Of a stretch of DNA of 64,000 nucleotides, positions 1-13,000 are shown piece by piece. The notes under the pieces were generated by a model, which saw only the letters and a list, made by a program, of their open reading frames with translations, did not search any database and was not told the DNA's origin. Numbering within the stretch: position 1 is the first letter of the stretch; each line of letters begins with the position of its first letter. The DNA comes from Thalia democratica (Eukaryota). The position numbers were made by a program, and so were the translations under genes. Location: NCBI GenBank assembly GCA_965202585.1, contig OZ241830.1, positions 6,324,001 through 6,388,000 of the forward strand, given 5' to 3'.

Positions 1-315
1 TCCAACCATTAGACAAACAAATAAATTTGACGACCAAACAAGATGTATGTTAAAATTTATTTTGCAAAAGTTTCTTTTTAATTTTCTAATATTTTAATAA
101 AAGTCAGACATTATACAAACAGGAAGAAACTCAGTTTAGACATTATTTATTTAAAATCAGACTTTATTTATTTATTTAAATTCAGACACCCACAACGATT
201 TTTTTGAAAAAAAAAAACTTTAAACAAAAAACAGCTAATTAGGGGTGAGAATATTCAGTTTCTTTTTAATTAGCAGAAATTCAAAAACAAAACGCGCAGT
301 AATGAGCTTTTAAGA

Positions 316-363
316 GTCGGCTGAGGTATAAAAAGAGTTGTGTTGTTTCGTTGCAGGCAGTTT
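316..363 (+). promoter_or_regulatory. Putative core promoter of gene A (TATAAAA 327-333, Inr-like GCAGTT ~358-363)
   Basis: TATA box ~30 nt upstream of an initiator-like motif within a locally GC-richer patch ~750 nt upstream of the ATG. Confidence 0.4.
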
Positions 364-1087
364 GAGTTATTTGCTTTGGAAGGGGCCGAGTTTTCAAAAC
401 ACGTCAGACTTCAGTTCATGCTACTCACATCTGTCAATTACCTGCTCACAAATTGTCTACCTAGCTTTGAGTTAATTTGATTTTGTTGTTGTTTTTGTCT
501 AAACAAAAGACTTTTCTATAGATTGTAGAGTAAAACTCGAGTGCTGATAAGGAAAATTAAAATGTATGAGTTGTAAAGTTAATTAAAGTTGACTAAACTT
601 GATACATTTGTACTGATTTTGAATATAACTTATAAAGTTTACTAGTTCATTCATATCAATCTATCTCAATTATTATTTCGATAATTGTACAGGTTTCCTT
701 TGAAAATACAAGTAGTTATGTAAAACTACTGTTTTAATAATTGTGTCAAATAAAGCAACATTTCAAACTTCTAAAACTGTTTTTTAGCTAAATTTTAGAA
801 AACAACTAAACTAACCACTAAAACTATTAAGGTTACGACATGTTTAAGCTTTTTTACGCTATCCGCAATTGTATTTGTCTTTAATTTAAAGTTTAAAACA
901 TAGCACTAATAAACTACAATTTTAAATAAACTTAACCTAATAATAAATTAAAAACTAAAGATGTGGGTTTGTTTCACCACCACATAAAAACCATAGAAGT
1001 TCCCATCAAAGTTCAGTAGAAGTTTAAAACATTTAAAATACATAACTAACATCTTGTTACAGGTTTGTTTTATTTAACACCAATGCA

Positions 1088-4000
1088 ATGTTAAAACCTA
1101 GCATTCTAATATTCCTAACAACGCTTCTCATCCTTGGTTGTCATGGAAAAACGGACAGATCCTACAAACTGCGAACCCTTTTGAGGGACATCCAAGGTGA
1201 CGACCCCACACTATACGCCAGGGGTGACAACGATGATGGTGACAACGAAGATGGTGATAACGACTTTGGGGAGTGTTTGGTGGAGGAGCAAGAGTGCAAC
1301 TGCACAGTGGAAACAACTACGGAGTGCGAGAAACGTGAGTTTGTGACGTCATATTGATATTTTTTTTATTGTGACGTCATAATGAATTTTTATTCATTGT
1401 GACGTTATATCAACTATTATTTATTTTAAGGTTTGTGGAGCATACTTTCGGCTGCAATTTTGTTTGTATTTATACTTAGTTAAAGTAAAATAGTTACGAT
1501 TTAAAATTAAACTAAGGAAATGGTATACTTAATTTGCCATTATTTTTTGTGTTTTCTTTCCGTTTGTACTTTTACATCATTACTACAATTAGTTTTGAAT
1601 CTTGACGGTAACTTGTTTTTTATATTATTTACAAACTATATATTTCTAAAAACTCTGCTATAGTTTTACTACTTGGAAACTGTTATTAACTTAATGTTAA
1701 AAGGATTTTGGTAATAAAAACTTTTGTTATTTGTTTGACTAGTAGGAGTAGTGGTTATAAACCCAGTTAACTTTTTTGACAAACTTCAAGAGTTTAGGTT
1801 AATTATTAACCTAAATAAGTAAACTGCTAAAGTTTGTAATTTATTTAGTTAAAACCTGTACTGAAATTTTATTAACAAAACCAAAAGTAATTTTCAAAGA
1901 TTGAAATTTATTTATATTACATTTTCATAGCAACTAAAATAATTGTAGTCAATACTGTGAAACAAATTTTGTAAAATAAGCAATGTACAATATGATATTT
2001 AAAAAATTAATCCAATTTTCAAAATTATCTCAAAAACGTGTTTATATCAATAAGCCTAATACCAACCCAAAGCTTGTTTTGTTTATACATTAACTTTTAT
2101 TTCAGTTTTAAATATGTTTATATCTATACATTAATCTATCTTTTGAAAACTTTACCTTTGAAAATATTAGCTTTAAAACTGTCAAAATAGTTTCAAAAAC
2201 TTCTAAATTTTGTTGATATATGATACAATAAAAACAACTCAAGAATTAAAAACTGATTTTAATTAAGTAAAAACAAATAATACAAAAACGCTTTTAAATT
2301 AGATCTAGAAACGATATATGCTGGGAATATTTTTATTGATATAATTACTGCCAAAATTTAGAAATTCGACTTTACTTGAAAACCTATTAAATTATGTTGA
2401 CATATGACATAAACACGTTTAGATAAAGATTTTTTTAAAGTTTGAGTGCTTAAGACAAAAAAGCTTTTAAGTTTATAGCATAATAAAAGTATACTTTGAT
2501 TATTTACTGTTCGTTTTTAAAGCTCTTTTGTAAAATACCTTAGATCGTTTACATTTTTCGCCAACTATAAAAAATAACTTGTTTTTATATTAACATTAAG
2601 TTAATATCTTTTCCTACATTTTTTTTACATATGACTATGTTTTCATATAAATCAAACTACAAATAAATTTCACAGCATTTTGTTAGCTCTGTCGACAGTT
2701 CTGTCGTTTACATTATCTGTTAGTTACTGAAAAAACTAATTGTTTGTGTACTAAAGTTAAGTTTATTTTTTTCTAAACAATTTTTACAAGTTAAGTTTGA
2801 TATTTTCCGAGAACTTTTTGTAATATTTTGTATTTTATAACACTTATACTTTTATTGTTTTTTTTTACTAAAGTCAAAAGTTAAACCCAAACTCTTACGA
2901 CTGTTCTTTCATTTAAATCAAACTACAAATAAATTTCACAGCATTTTGTTAGTTCTTTCGTTTACATTATCTGTCAGTTGAAAAAATATAAGTTGTTTGT
3001 GCAGTAGAGTTAAGTTTATTTCCATATAAGCATTTTTTTACAAGTTAATTTCTTCCGACAATTTTAAATAATAATTCGTAGTTTTTTAATACTTCTACTT
3101 TTATTGTAGTTATATTTTTTTATAAGTAAAAAGTTAAACCCAAACTCTTACTTTACAAAAACTTTACAAACTACATTTATAATAATCATAAGTTTTCTTT
3201 TACATCAAACTTCAACCTTAAAACTAAATTTAAATATTCATATTTTCCTCACAGCATCATGCGACCTGGTCATCCTGATAGACTCGAGCGAGTGTTTCCG
3301 GGACCAGTGGCAGGCCATCCTGTACTGGGTCAAATTTGTCGTGGTCAAGATCGGAAAACACTGTGACTCCGACACGTCCAGGGCTGCCGTTTGGCCGGTT
3401 TGTTATTTTTTTTAATTCAATAAAGTTTATTAATTTGATAATTGAATATCTCAAAACTAAGTATATAAGAAACTTTTCAATATAATGCATGTTTTAATTA
3501 ACTAAACAGTTTTTTTATAACTTTTTTTTGAAAAAAATTTCGAAAACACTTTTTGAAAACTTTTTGTTTTTCTTTTTGTTTGTATTACAAATTTTTGAAA
3601 AACTCAGTTTAAGTTAAAAATGTTTAAAAATGTTGCTTTACTTTTAACGAAGATATTTTATTTAAAGCTTTTATTAGTTTCTGGTTAAAATATATCATAT
3701 ATGTTTGCTTTCTTAAAACGGTCAATTTTAAAATAGTATTTCTTATCAACAAAAAACAAGTTTTTACATAAAAATGCGTACGAGAACTGAGCATTTAAGC
3801 AATTTTAACAAAAAGCTTGCGTTTACTACTTTAAAGGCACATTAACCTTAATTTGCGCAAAAAAAATCAAACATAAACAAAGCAAGTAAGTTCGAAGCAA
3901 TTTAGTAGTTGCTAATTGAGTTATTTTCGAAGTTTGGAAATGACGAATTCGAAGCCAAGTATCCGCCAAAAGAGTTCATGAAATTTAATAGCAGGGAGAT

Positions 4001-7000
4001 AAAATCTTACATCGACAAATATGTCAACTTTCTTGGGGGATCCGCTTTCCTGAACGCAAGTTTGTTTTCATTTTATTTATACTGTTTTTTACCAATACCA
4101 ACCGTATTAGTTATATCTGATATAGAATTCAAAATTACAAAACTTGTTTCTGTAACTTACCTAGTGTTTCACAACTTAAGTGAGTAAACTATTTTTATCC
4201 GTGTACTTGCTGCAGTAAATTCAAATTGGTTTAACTATTTTGTACTTTTACAGTTTGATTATTAGTAGAAAGATCTAGTTTTAAGCTGTAGTTTGTTTGT
4301 ATTTTCAGTTGTAAAAAAACTTGTTATTAATATTTAATAATTACATATATGCATTAAATATTGTATTTATAAGACTAGTCATTGTTTTCGTTACTTAAAT
4401 ATTAATTCGCAGTATATACATTAAAGATTAAAACATATAGAGATTTATTATTTTTTACTAAATAGAATTTTTCTAGCTTTTTTGCATAAAATCTAACCTA
4501 TTTTTGACTAGAATTAAGTTTAATCTATACGTCACAAAATCTATATAAACAAAGGTAAATTTTCTGCATAAAGTTTGTTGACAACAATTCTCATTGAAAT
4601 TTAAATTGTAGCTTAATTAATTTCTGTGTTTATAAATAATAATAATAGTGCAAAGTAAGTATTCTATTTTTTCCGACTTAAACCTGGTAATAAATAGGAT
4701 AGCTAATTCGCACTTGTATTTTTAATAAAATAACCAAGTAAGTTGAGCTATTTTTTAATAATCAATACAAATAATCATATTTCTGTTTATATAAAATAAA
4801 ATTTTTAATACCTAAGACAAAAATAAACCAGTTTTTTTGCGTTATAGGCACTGTAAACAAAGTTTTTAATCAATCAACTAAGAATAACATACAATTTTTA
4901 TTTGTTATAAAAACATTTAAGTTTCGATTTCAATTTAATCGATGTGTTTTGAATCTTTAGTATATTTGTTGAAACAATATGCTTGATGGATTAACAAATG
5001 TTTTAAGCTTCATTACTGCTCTTTATATCAAATTTACTACTCTCAGTAAGAGTTTGTTTTGGTATCATTTATTTTATTGAGTCTACAGCTTTCAACTGCC
5101 CTAGACTGATTGATAACTACAAGTTTATGCGAATTGAGCATATATACTTCGAACTATGAATCTAAAACTTTGCCGTTTTACCTTAGTTTGTTTAGAATGA
5201 TTTATGTTTTATGCACCTATTAAAGTTTAATTTTATAGGGTTTTAAATATAAGTTTTATTTGAGTCATACACATAGCTTTTCGTGTAGAATTTACAAGAT
5301 TCTTTTTATTGATTAACATTTGCTCTTTATATTTTATTTCGGTATAATTAATTATGTTAACCTTAAAACCTACAACTTTAACTGATTAATCTGATTAATA
5401 ACCAAAACTTTATCTAATGAGGAACACATTAACTTGTTTAATCGTTCAAAATAAAATTTTTTTTAGGACAATCTATCTTTAAAAGTTTTTTGGCGTTTAA
5501 ATTTTTATATGTTTGAAATTTTTTACAAGTTTAATCTACATTTCTGTGTTTGGTATAAAAAAGACTTTTTTTTCCAGTTTTTTAATATTTTATTTACTAA
5601 ACTAGTTTATCCTGTTTTTATTGTTTGTTTATTTATTGTTTCAAGTAAAAATGTTTTTAAAATTTTGTGCAATAGTTTCGATTGGCTAAACAATTTCAAA
5701 GGTAATATTTTACTTTCTTTCGGTGTATTTTTTCACTATTGTACTTTTAATTTCATATAAAACTTTGGGTAAAATGTATTAACTTAATAAGTAAAATATT
5801 TTGTATCAATCAGTATTAGCAAAATTAAGCTGATGTTAATAAACTATTTTATCTTAATTGAGTTCAAAACTTATCAACTTCATTTGCTGATCTATGGATT
5901 TTAAAACATTAGCTTGAATATTATTACTACAAATATGTTTATGTGTATACATTGATCAGCGTTAACTTAACAACATAAAAGCACATCAATAAAAATTAAA
6001 ACTTGTTTTTATTTCAACAACAATCAAGATATCAAGTTCAATTTGTTTTTATAAGCTTTTAATACTTTAATTATTTTTCTGATTTCAGGTCTTGCAGATG
6101 CAGCTAATACTTTTGAGAACCAGAATTCTGAAAATGATGTTCGTTTGTTTTATTTTGTTAAATTTTTAATAATAAAGTTTTATAAAATACCGTTTAACTT
6201 TCTGTAATAAAAGTAATAAAAAACTTTTTATATAGATACAACAACTTTGTATAACCATTATTTTTTTGAGTTTTACACGGGAAACTTGTATCATGACGGC
6301 AGTTATAATTTAAATTTTAAAAGTGTAATTGTTTATTTTTATTTTTTAAAGCTAGAAACTTAACTTATCTATTCAAAAAAAAATAAACAATGGAAAAAGT
6401 GTAACAAAGTTAACTAAATTACATTTATAACGAAAAATATCAAACCTATTTGAATAGTTTATAAAAAATTTAATATTTTTTTTATAGAAATTCGCGTTGG
6501 TGCTTACAAACGGTAAAAGTGACGAACACGTGACTTTGCAACAAATTGACAAACAATTAAAAAGATTCGAACGAATGGAGGTCACTACAATTCCGGTATC
6601 CGTATCTGAACCTTGCAGGTTTTAATATATATTGATACAAAATAACTGATAATGTTTTAAATAATTAAATGATTCTTTGTAATATTGCTATACTATTTAT
6701 TAATTTCGCGCTACTACATGTTTTGAACTTTAAAAGTATATTTATTTGTTTGTTTGTACTGTATTTAGTTAATATTTTTAATGTACTTATACTTTTGTGA
6801 TTTTAGTACATTAGTAAACTTCCTTATTTAAGGTTTAGACAAAATATTTTTAATATTATTTTAAGCAGGAATTTTTAGAAGTCTCGATTAAAAATTTTAA
6901 ACTTTTAACATTAAGGTATAATTTTTAATTTAGTCAGGTGAAATAAAGCTAAGTATAGAGTTTATTTAGATTATAAATTTATTACTATCATTTTTATAAA

Positions 7001-10000
7001 TATATATGTCTACAGTTTTTGAAGTTGATAGTTTATTTATAAATTAAATATCTACGTTTTAAGTAAAAATATTTAATAATAATAACAAATAATGATATAA
7101 CAACTTTATAAAAAGTTTTATTAAAGTGTTTAATTTAAACTAGAAATACGCTTCAAGCTCAATATATATATTTTTATACATCACAATAAAAGAATCCTTG
7201 ATATAAGCTTTTTATTAAAACTTTTGTACACAAAGTGTTAGTAAACCCTCAAAAAAAAATCGATTTAATACAGACTAGAAACAATTTATAATATTTTCAC
7301 AACCAATAGTGTTGCAATTGGTAAATATAATGATTTATATGTCTCGACGAGGTAGTAAAATGAATTTACTAAACAAGGGCTTTATGGTATGAGAAACAAT
7401 AAATCAAATTAGTAGTCGCAAAGTGTTCACAGCCAATACAGGTAAGAATTAAATTTGTCTGTCTCGCACATACAATTGTGCATTTATATTGCAATTCATT
7501 TGACGTGTATTTAACACGAATAAACATAAACGGTTTTTAATTTAAACTTTTATTAGCAATACACGAAAATTCGAAAAAATTTTTGCCTGTACAAGTCAAT
7601 TTAGCTTTAATGGTTGTTTATTACTTTCCTACAAAACTCAAAAGGTGTTTATTTAAAGATTACATTCCAATCCAAATTGACACAATTACTGATACAAAAC
7701 AATAAATAATTATCTGTCTCGGTGAGTAATTTGTACTGTCTTTTTTCTCAGTACAGTTATAAGACGGGAAACAATACAAAAATAACTTTATTCGTTTTAA
7801 CTTCCATTTAAAAAATTAACAATGAGTAAAAAAAATATTTTAAAACTACAACCTTTATTTTTAGTTTTAAACCTCCAATTAACCGAAATTATTTTTACAT
7901 TTATTAATCGTAAACAAGTTCGACTAAAAACCGATTAAATACATTTTGATGCTAATATAAAGTTCGTTTCTGTTGTACTAAAAACTCAAATCGAACTCAT
8001 TAACGATTCAGAATGACGGCACTTTACATTCTTTATGATTTAATCAAATAGTTGTAAAGTTCAATAAATTTTATTTCATTGAACTGATCAGACTTATTTA
8101 AGTGACAGAAAAAGAATTATACTTGGAATTGGAAGAAATAATACTTTCTTACTTGTGTAACTTTGCTCAGTTCTGCACTATAAAGTCAAGAAAGTTTTTC
8201 TTAAGCTGTATAGCGATAAAAAACAAAAGCATATTCACCTTTTTTTCCATTTAGTTAATTGAACTACTTTATAACAGCTCACCCCACTACGAAGATAACC
8301 TCAATTACAACTGTCCCAACAGAGAAGTCTTCAACCTCTTCTACAATAACTCAGGTAAATTGTTATGAGATATAAGACTATATAAGTTAATTAAACTTTC
8401 TATAACAACTCAGGTAAACTGTTTTATAATATATATATAGTATTAATTATACAATTTAATTCATTTTTCATTAAACACTCAGATAATTGGGATCCGATTG
8501 TTATGAGAAAATCATCCGTTTCAGACATCATGAAAGTTATAAGGACTGAGGTATGAACGTATTTTGAAAAAACTGTTGTTTTTATTTTGAAAATATAAAA
8601 GGTTGATAATATACGAATTGAGCTTTTTAATGTACAGATCTGTTTTTATTTTAAAGTAGGCTTAACATATAAAAAAGATGTTGTTCTTTCTTGATTTTCG
8701 TAGTTTTTATAAATTTCATTTTATACATACTGTTCACATTAAACAACGTTTATTTGCTTATAACGATAATTTAATGACATATATAATGACCTTTGTTGTA
8801 TTTAATTACATTTGTAAACTTGTGACTTAAGTTATTTGGTAAAGTACATTTCAAATTTGGTTTAACAACCTTTTAAGTAAGTATATTTTTTTACAGACAA
8901 ATGAATGTAAATCACAAGGAAAAGCGTCTTGCACATGTCCAGTTAGTTTTTGTAATTATATTAATTAAATGTACAAATTTATTGTTCTGTTAGTTATTAT
9001 AAAGATATTAATTAATTGCACAAGTTATAGTTGATACAAGTTACTAGGGTCAGCAGTCTTAATCAGGTGTTCATACGCTAAATAACTTTACACTATTTCA
9101 CTACTTTTTATAAGTAGTCTGAACTTTTAAGATTAGTAATAATAATAGACAGGTTTCTGTTTTAAACGACTTTCGAAGCTTTGTGCTGTCTTTTTTTCAT
9201 ATATATTTTTGACGTTTTTTAAATATTTTTTCGTTTAACGTTAATACTTTATCTATACTTTTCAGTACTCGAAGTGCAAAGCCAAAGGCATCCCAGTGAG
9301 TTTCATAATTTTAATTTACAAACATTTTATTTAATTTACTTAATTTAATTTTGTTTTAGGGACAAAAAGGAGAACCCGGTAGAGACGGTTTAGACGGTTT
9401 TGATGGATCTAAAGTTTGTTTAATAACAGTGTATTTAATAATTTACTAAATGTTTTCCTGTACCTAAAGTTCGTTTAACTTTTTATATAAACAACTAATT
9501 GAAAATTATATATAAAAGTTTATAGTAACACTTTTTTAGAAAAAAAGTTTTAACAACAGTGTTATTAAATAGTTTGATAAAAACTTTATAAAAGTTTCTT
9601 TTAATAATTTTTAACAGACTTGAATTTTGTTAGATTAATATATAAGTTTCATAAAAAAGTTATACACAAATTTATTCTAATAATTTTCACAGGGAGAAAA
9701 AGGAAAGAGGGGACAAAAAGTAATTTTGATTTTTATTTAAATAACATTTTCATACTTTGCACAACTGTTTTATATACACGTTTACAATTATAATAGAAAA
9801 AAAGTTTGTTATTAGCCATTTTTATGCAAATAAAGTTGTATAATATATAGCATTTTTAATTATTTTAGGGAGAACCAAGCGAGGGTCGTGACGGAATAAA
9901 GGTAACGAGTTTTTAATTTATAAATTTAATTTTTATTTAGTTTATATGTTTAATTGTTTTATTTGTAATAAAATATTGATTTATATACTTAAGTATGTTT

Positions 10001-13000
10001 ATTTCTAAAAATTATTGAAGTTTACTGTTAACATTGAATAATGTTTTTTTTAACTTTGGTTAGAATCAAAAAGTTTTGATGTCAGTAATTAATCATGTGT
10101 CGTAAAATGACATTCTGAAAACAATTTATATTCATACCAATTGAATTCATAACAACATGCAAATTATTTTGTTTAAATTTTAAAGGGAAACAAAGGAGAG
10201 CCAGGACCAATCGGACCTGTTGGACCAAAAGGTGACACCGGTGACAAAGGCAAAAAGGTTAGAATTTATTTTTTTAACAAGTATATAGTTAAAAAATTGA
10301 TTACTCATGAACTTTAAAGTTTTTCTTCCATTTTTTATTAGCTTTAACTAAAGGTTCTATACAGATTTTTGATTATTTAAAGTTTTTACATGAATTTTAA
10401 AGAACTCTACACAGGGTAACGTTTTTTACGTTCATTTTATACAACATGTTCAAGTAAATTGAATCTAGTTAATTAAAGTAAAAATGCATAAAATAATAAA
10501 CTAGTCGTTTTATTAAATTTTTATTTATTGTATTTGTATAACAAAAATTACACTTAATCTTGATACTTTTTTAGTTAATAAAACAATTTAAGCTTTTTGT
10601 TATGACGTTTAGGGAGATAAAGGTGATGACGGTTTAACTGGTCCAAAAGGCGATCAAGGAAAAAAGGTTTGTTTTGAAATAATGATACAAAACTAATAAA
10701 AAAATCTTTTTAATTTACATTAACAATTACAGTTATAAAGGAATAGAGGTTTTTAAAAAGTAATACTAACAAACCAAAAAAACTATTAATGTTTACACAA
10801 ACAACTATATTTATAAAGGGAAAAAAGTTTGTTTTAAAATAATAGTACAGTTTAAAGAAATATTAAAGTGTTCATAAACAAATATAATATTAAAGAAAAA
10901 GGTTTGTTAAAAATAGTAATGCAGCAAAATGACAAAACAAAAATGTTTTTCTAGAGAAATTGTGACTATAACTTTTCAGGGACAAAAAGGTGAATTTGGA
11001 TTACCAGGACTAACAGTTAGTTAAATTTATATGATAAATTATTTCTGTTACTACACTGTATGAAACATTTAAGTATTTGCAAGCATTTACAACGATTTTA
11101 TGTTAGTTTTATTACGTTTACTAGGCTTCTGGCCGAAAAATGGTTTCGATTTAAAAACTTATTTAAAGTGGCAAACGCAACAAGTATTTTTATAGTTTTT
11201 AAAACAACACAATTTTCTGAAAATTTTAAATACCATCATTAGTCTAACTAAAGTTAGTTATTTTTGCCTATAAACTTAAATCAAAATGTTTTTTAAGCTT
11301 TTTAACTTATACTTCTTATCGTTTATGATTGTCATTTATTCTGTTTGTAAAACAAAGAAGTTTCAAAACAAAATTTTCAACACACTTAATTTTAAAAATG
11401 AAATATTTCAGGGTATCAAAGGTAATAAAGGCGAAAAAGGAGACAAATCTGACATAGTAAGTTATTCAAAATAAACAAAAGAAAATAATAAAAAATTATA
11501 AATAAATACTTACAGCCTGGTCCAAAAGGAGAAATGGGTGCAAAGGGACGACCCGGTCCCGATGGTAACCCAGGAAACCCGGGATCGAAGGTTAGTTGTC
11601 ATGACAACGTATCAACTTTTAATAAAAGTTATAAAACCACTCATTAAGTGACACAAAATAAATTCCAGACTAATAATGACAACGTCTGAAAAGTTTAACT
11701 TGTAATTTGTGACTTATGTGAAAAGCTTACTAAACTTACCGATTTACTGAAGTAGCAGTTAACATTTTTCGTTTTAATTTAAAATTTTATTCGAACTTGA
11801 AGCGAGTGATTACGGGTTTAGCACTTCCGAATTTTATTGTTGTGCTGTTAAATTTGTTGTAATTTCCACAAAAACAGTTTAAAATGACCTAAAAATCGAA
11901 GAATGACATTTGGAATTTTGTTATAACCTCAATTATTGAACATATTTATGCTATAAGTTTTGCATGTTTAATACTACAATGTTGCGATTTTAAACACATT
12001 GTAATTTTAAAACATACAATTTAAAATGATCTAAAACAAAGAAGAAAAAAACGTTGGAATTTTACAGTAACTTTGTTTTTAGAACACTATTATGCTTGTA
12101 AAACAAACAAATTATTTATTTTTATTTTAGGGTCCGAAAGGATGCTGTGGACCCCCTGGCATTCCCGGTAAAAGTGGAACTAAAGTTTGTTTATTTTTAT
12201 TATTTTATGCATGATAAAGCATTAACAAAGTTTCGATTACTTGTTGTACAATAAATGCAAATACTGAGAAACGTAACTTTCAAACTACTACTATATGAAA
12301 ACTAGCTTCAGTTACGTAATAAGTTTTTAAAAAGAAAACAAATAAAGTTACTCTACTATTTTTTGATTAAAATAAGTGTTATTTGATTTTATACTTAAAG
12401 CTACCAACAAAAATTAGTTCTAAAAGAAACTTTTTAATTGAACTTTAAATAATAATAATAATTTTGCTTTAAGCCAAAACGGTATTTTTATTTTGAAACG
12501 ATTAGCTTTAAAAGTTTGAATTACATTTTGTAACAATAAATTCACAACAGTTGAAGTGTTTTTAAAATAGATACGTTTCTAATCTTTTTTGCTTAATTTT
12601 ATTAATTTCATAAAGGGTGAAAGTGGTAAAGATGGAATACCCGGAATAAACGGACTTGATGTAAGTAAAAATATAAAACAATTAAAATTTATTAATTATA
12701 TTTGTAAACTTAATAAACTTATTAAACTTAAATGTTGCAAGTAAATAGTACAACAGAATGATTTGCGAGTTTTTAATAGCTTTTTAATTATCTTTTGTTA
12801 AAGATAACGTAATTAAAAACATATAAAGTTTTTTAAAATATCACGTTTAAAAGATAGTCTAAAATAAATAAACTAGGCTTAATAAAAAATACAAGATTAA
12901 AATTAACATGCTATTCAAACAAGTTACTATTTCGCTTATAATCTTATCTCTTCGTTTTATATTTGTTTTTTAAGTATTAATTAATTATTTTTTAGGGTTT

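Noticed and set aside
7400-7780. Orphan donor/acceptor-like sites (acag|gtaaga 7441, gtgagt ~7721) and tgtctcg repeats in gene A intron
   Set aside because: Flanking exons align to gene B without a gap and no coding-like exon is present.
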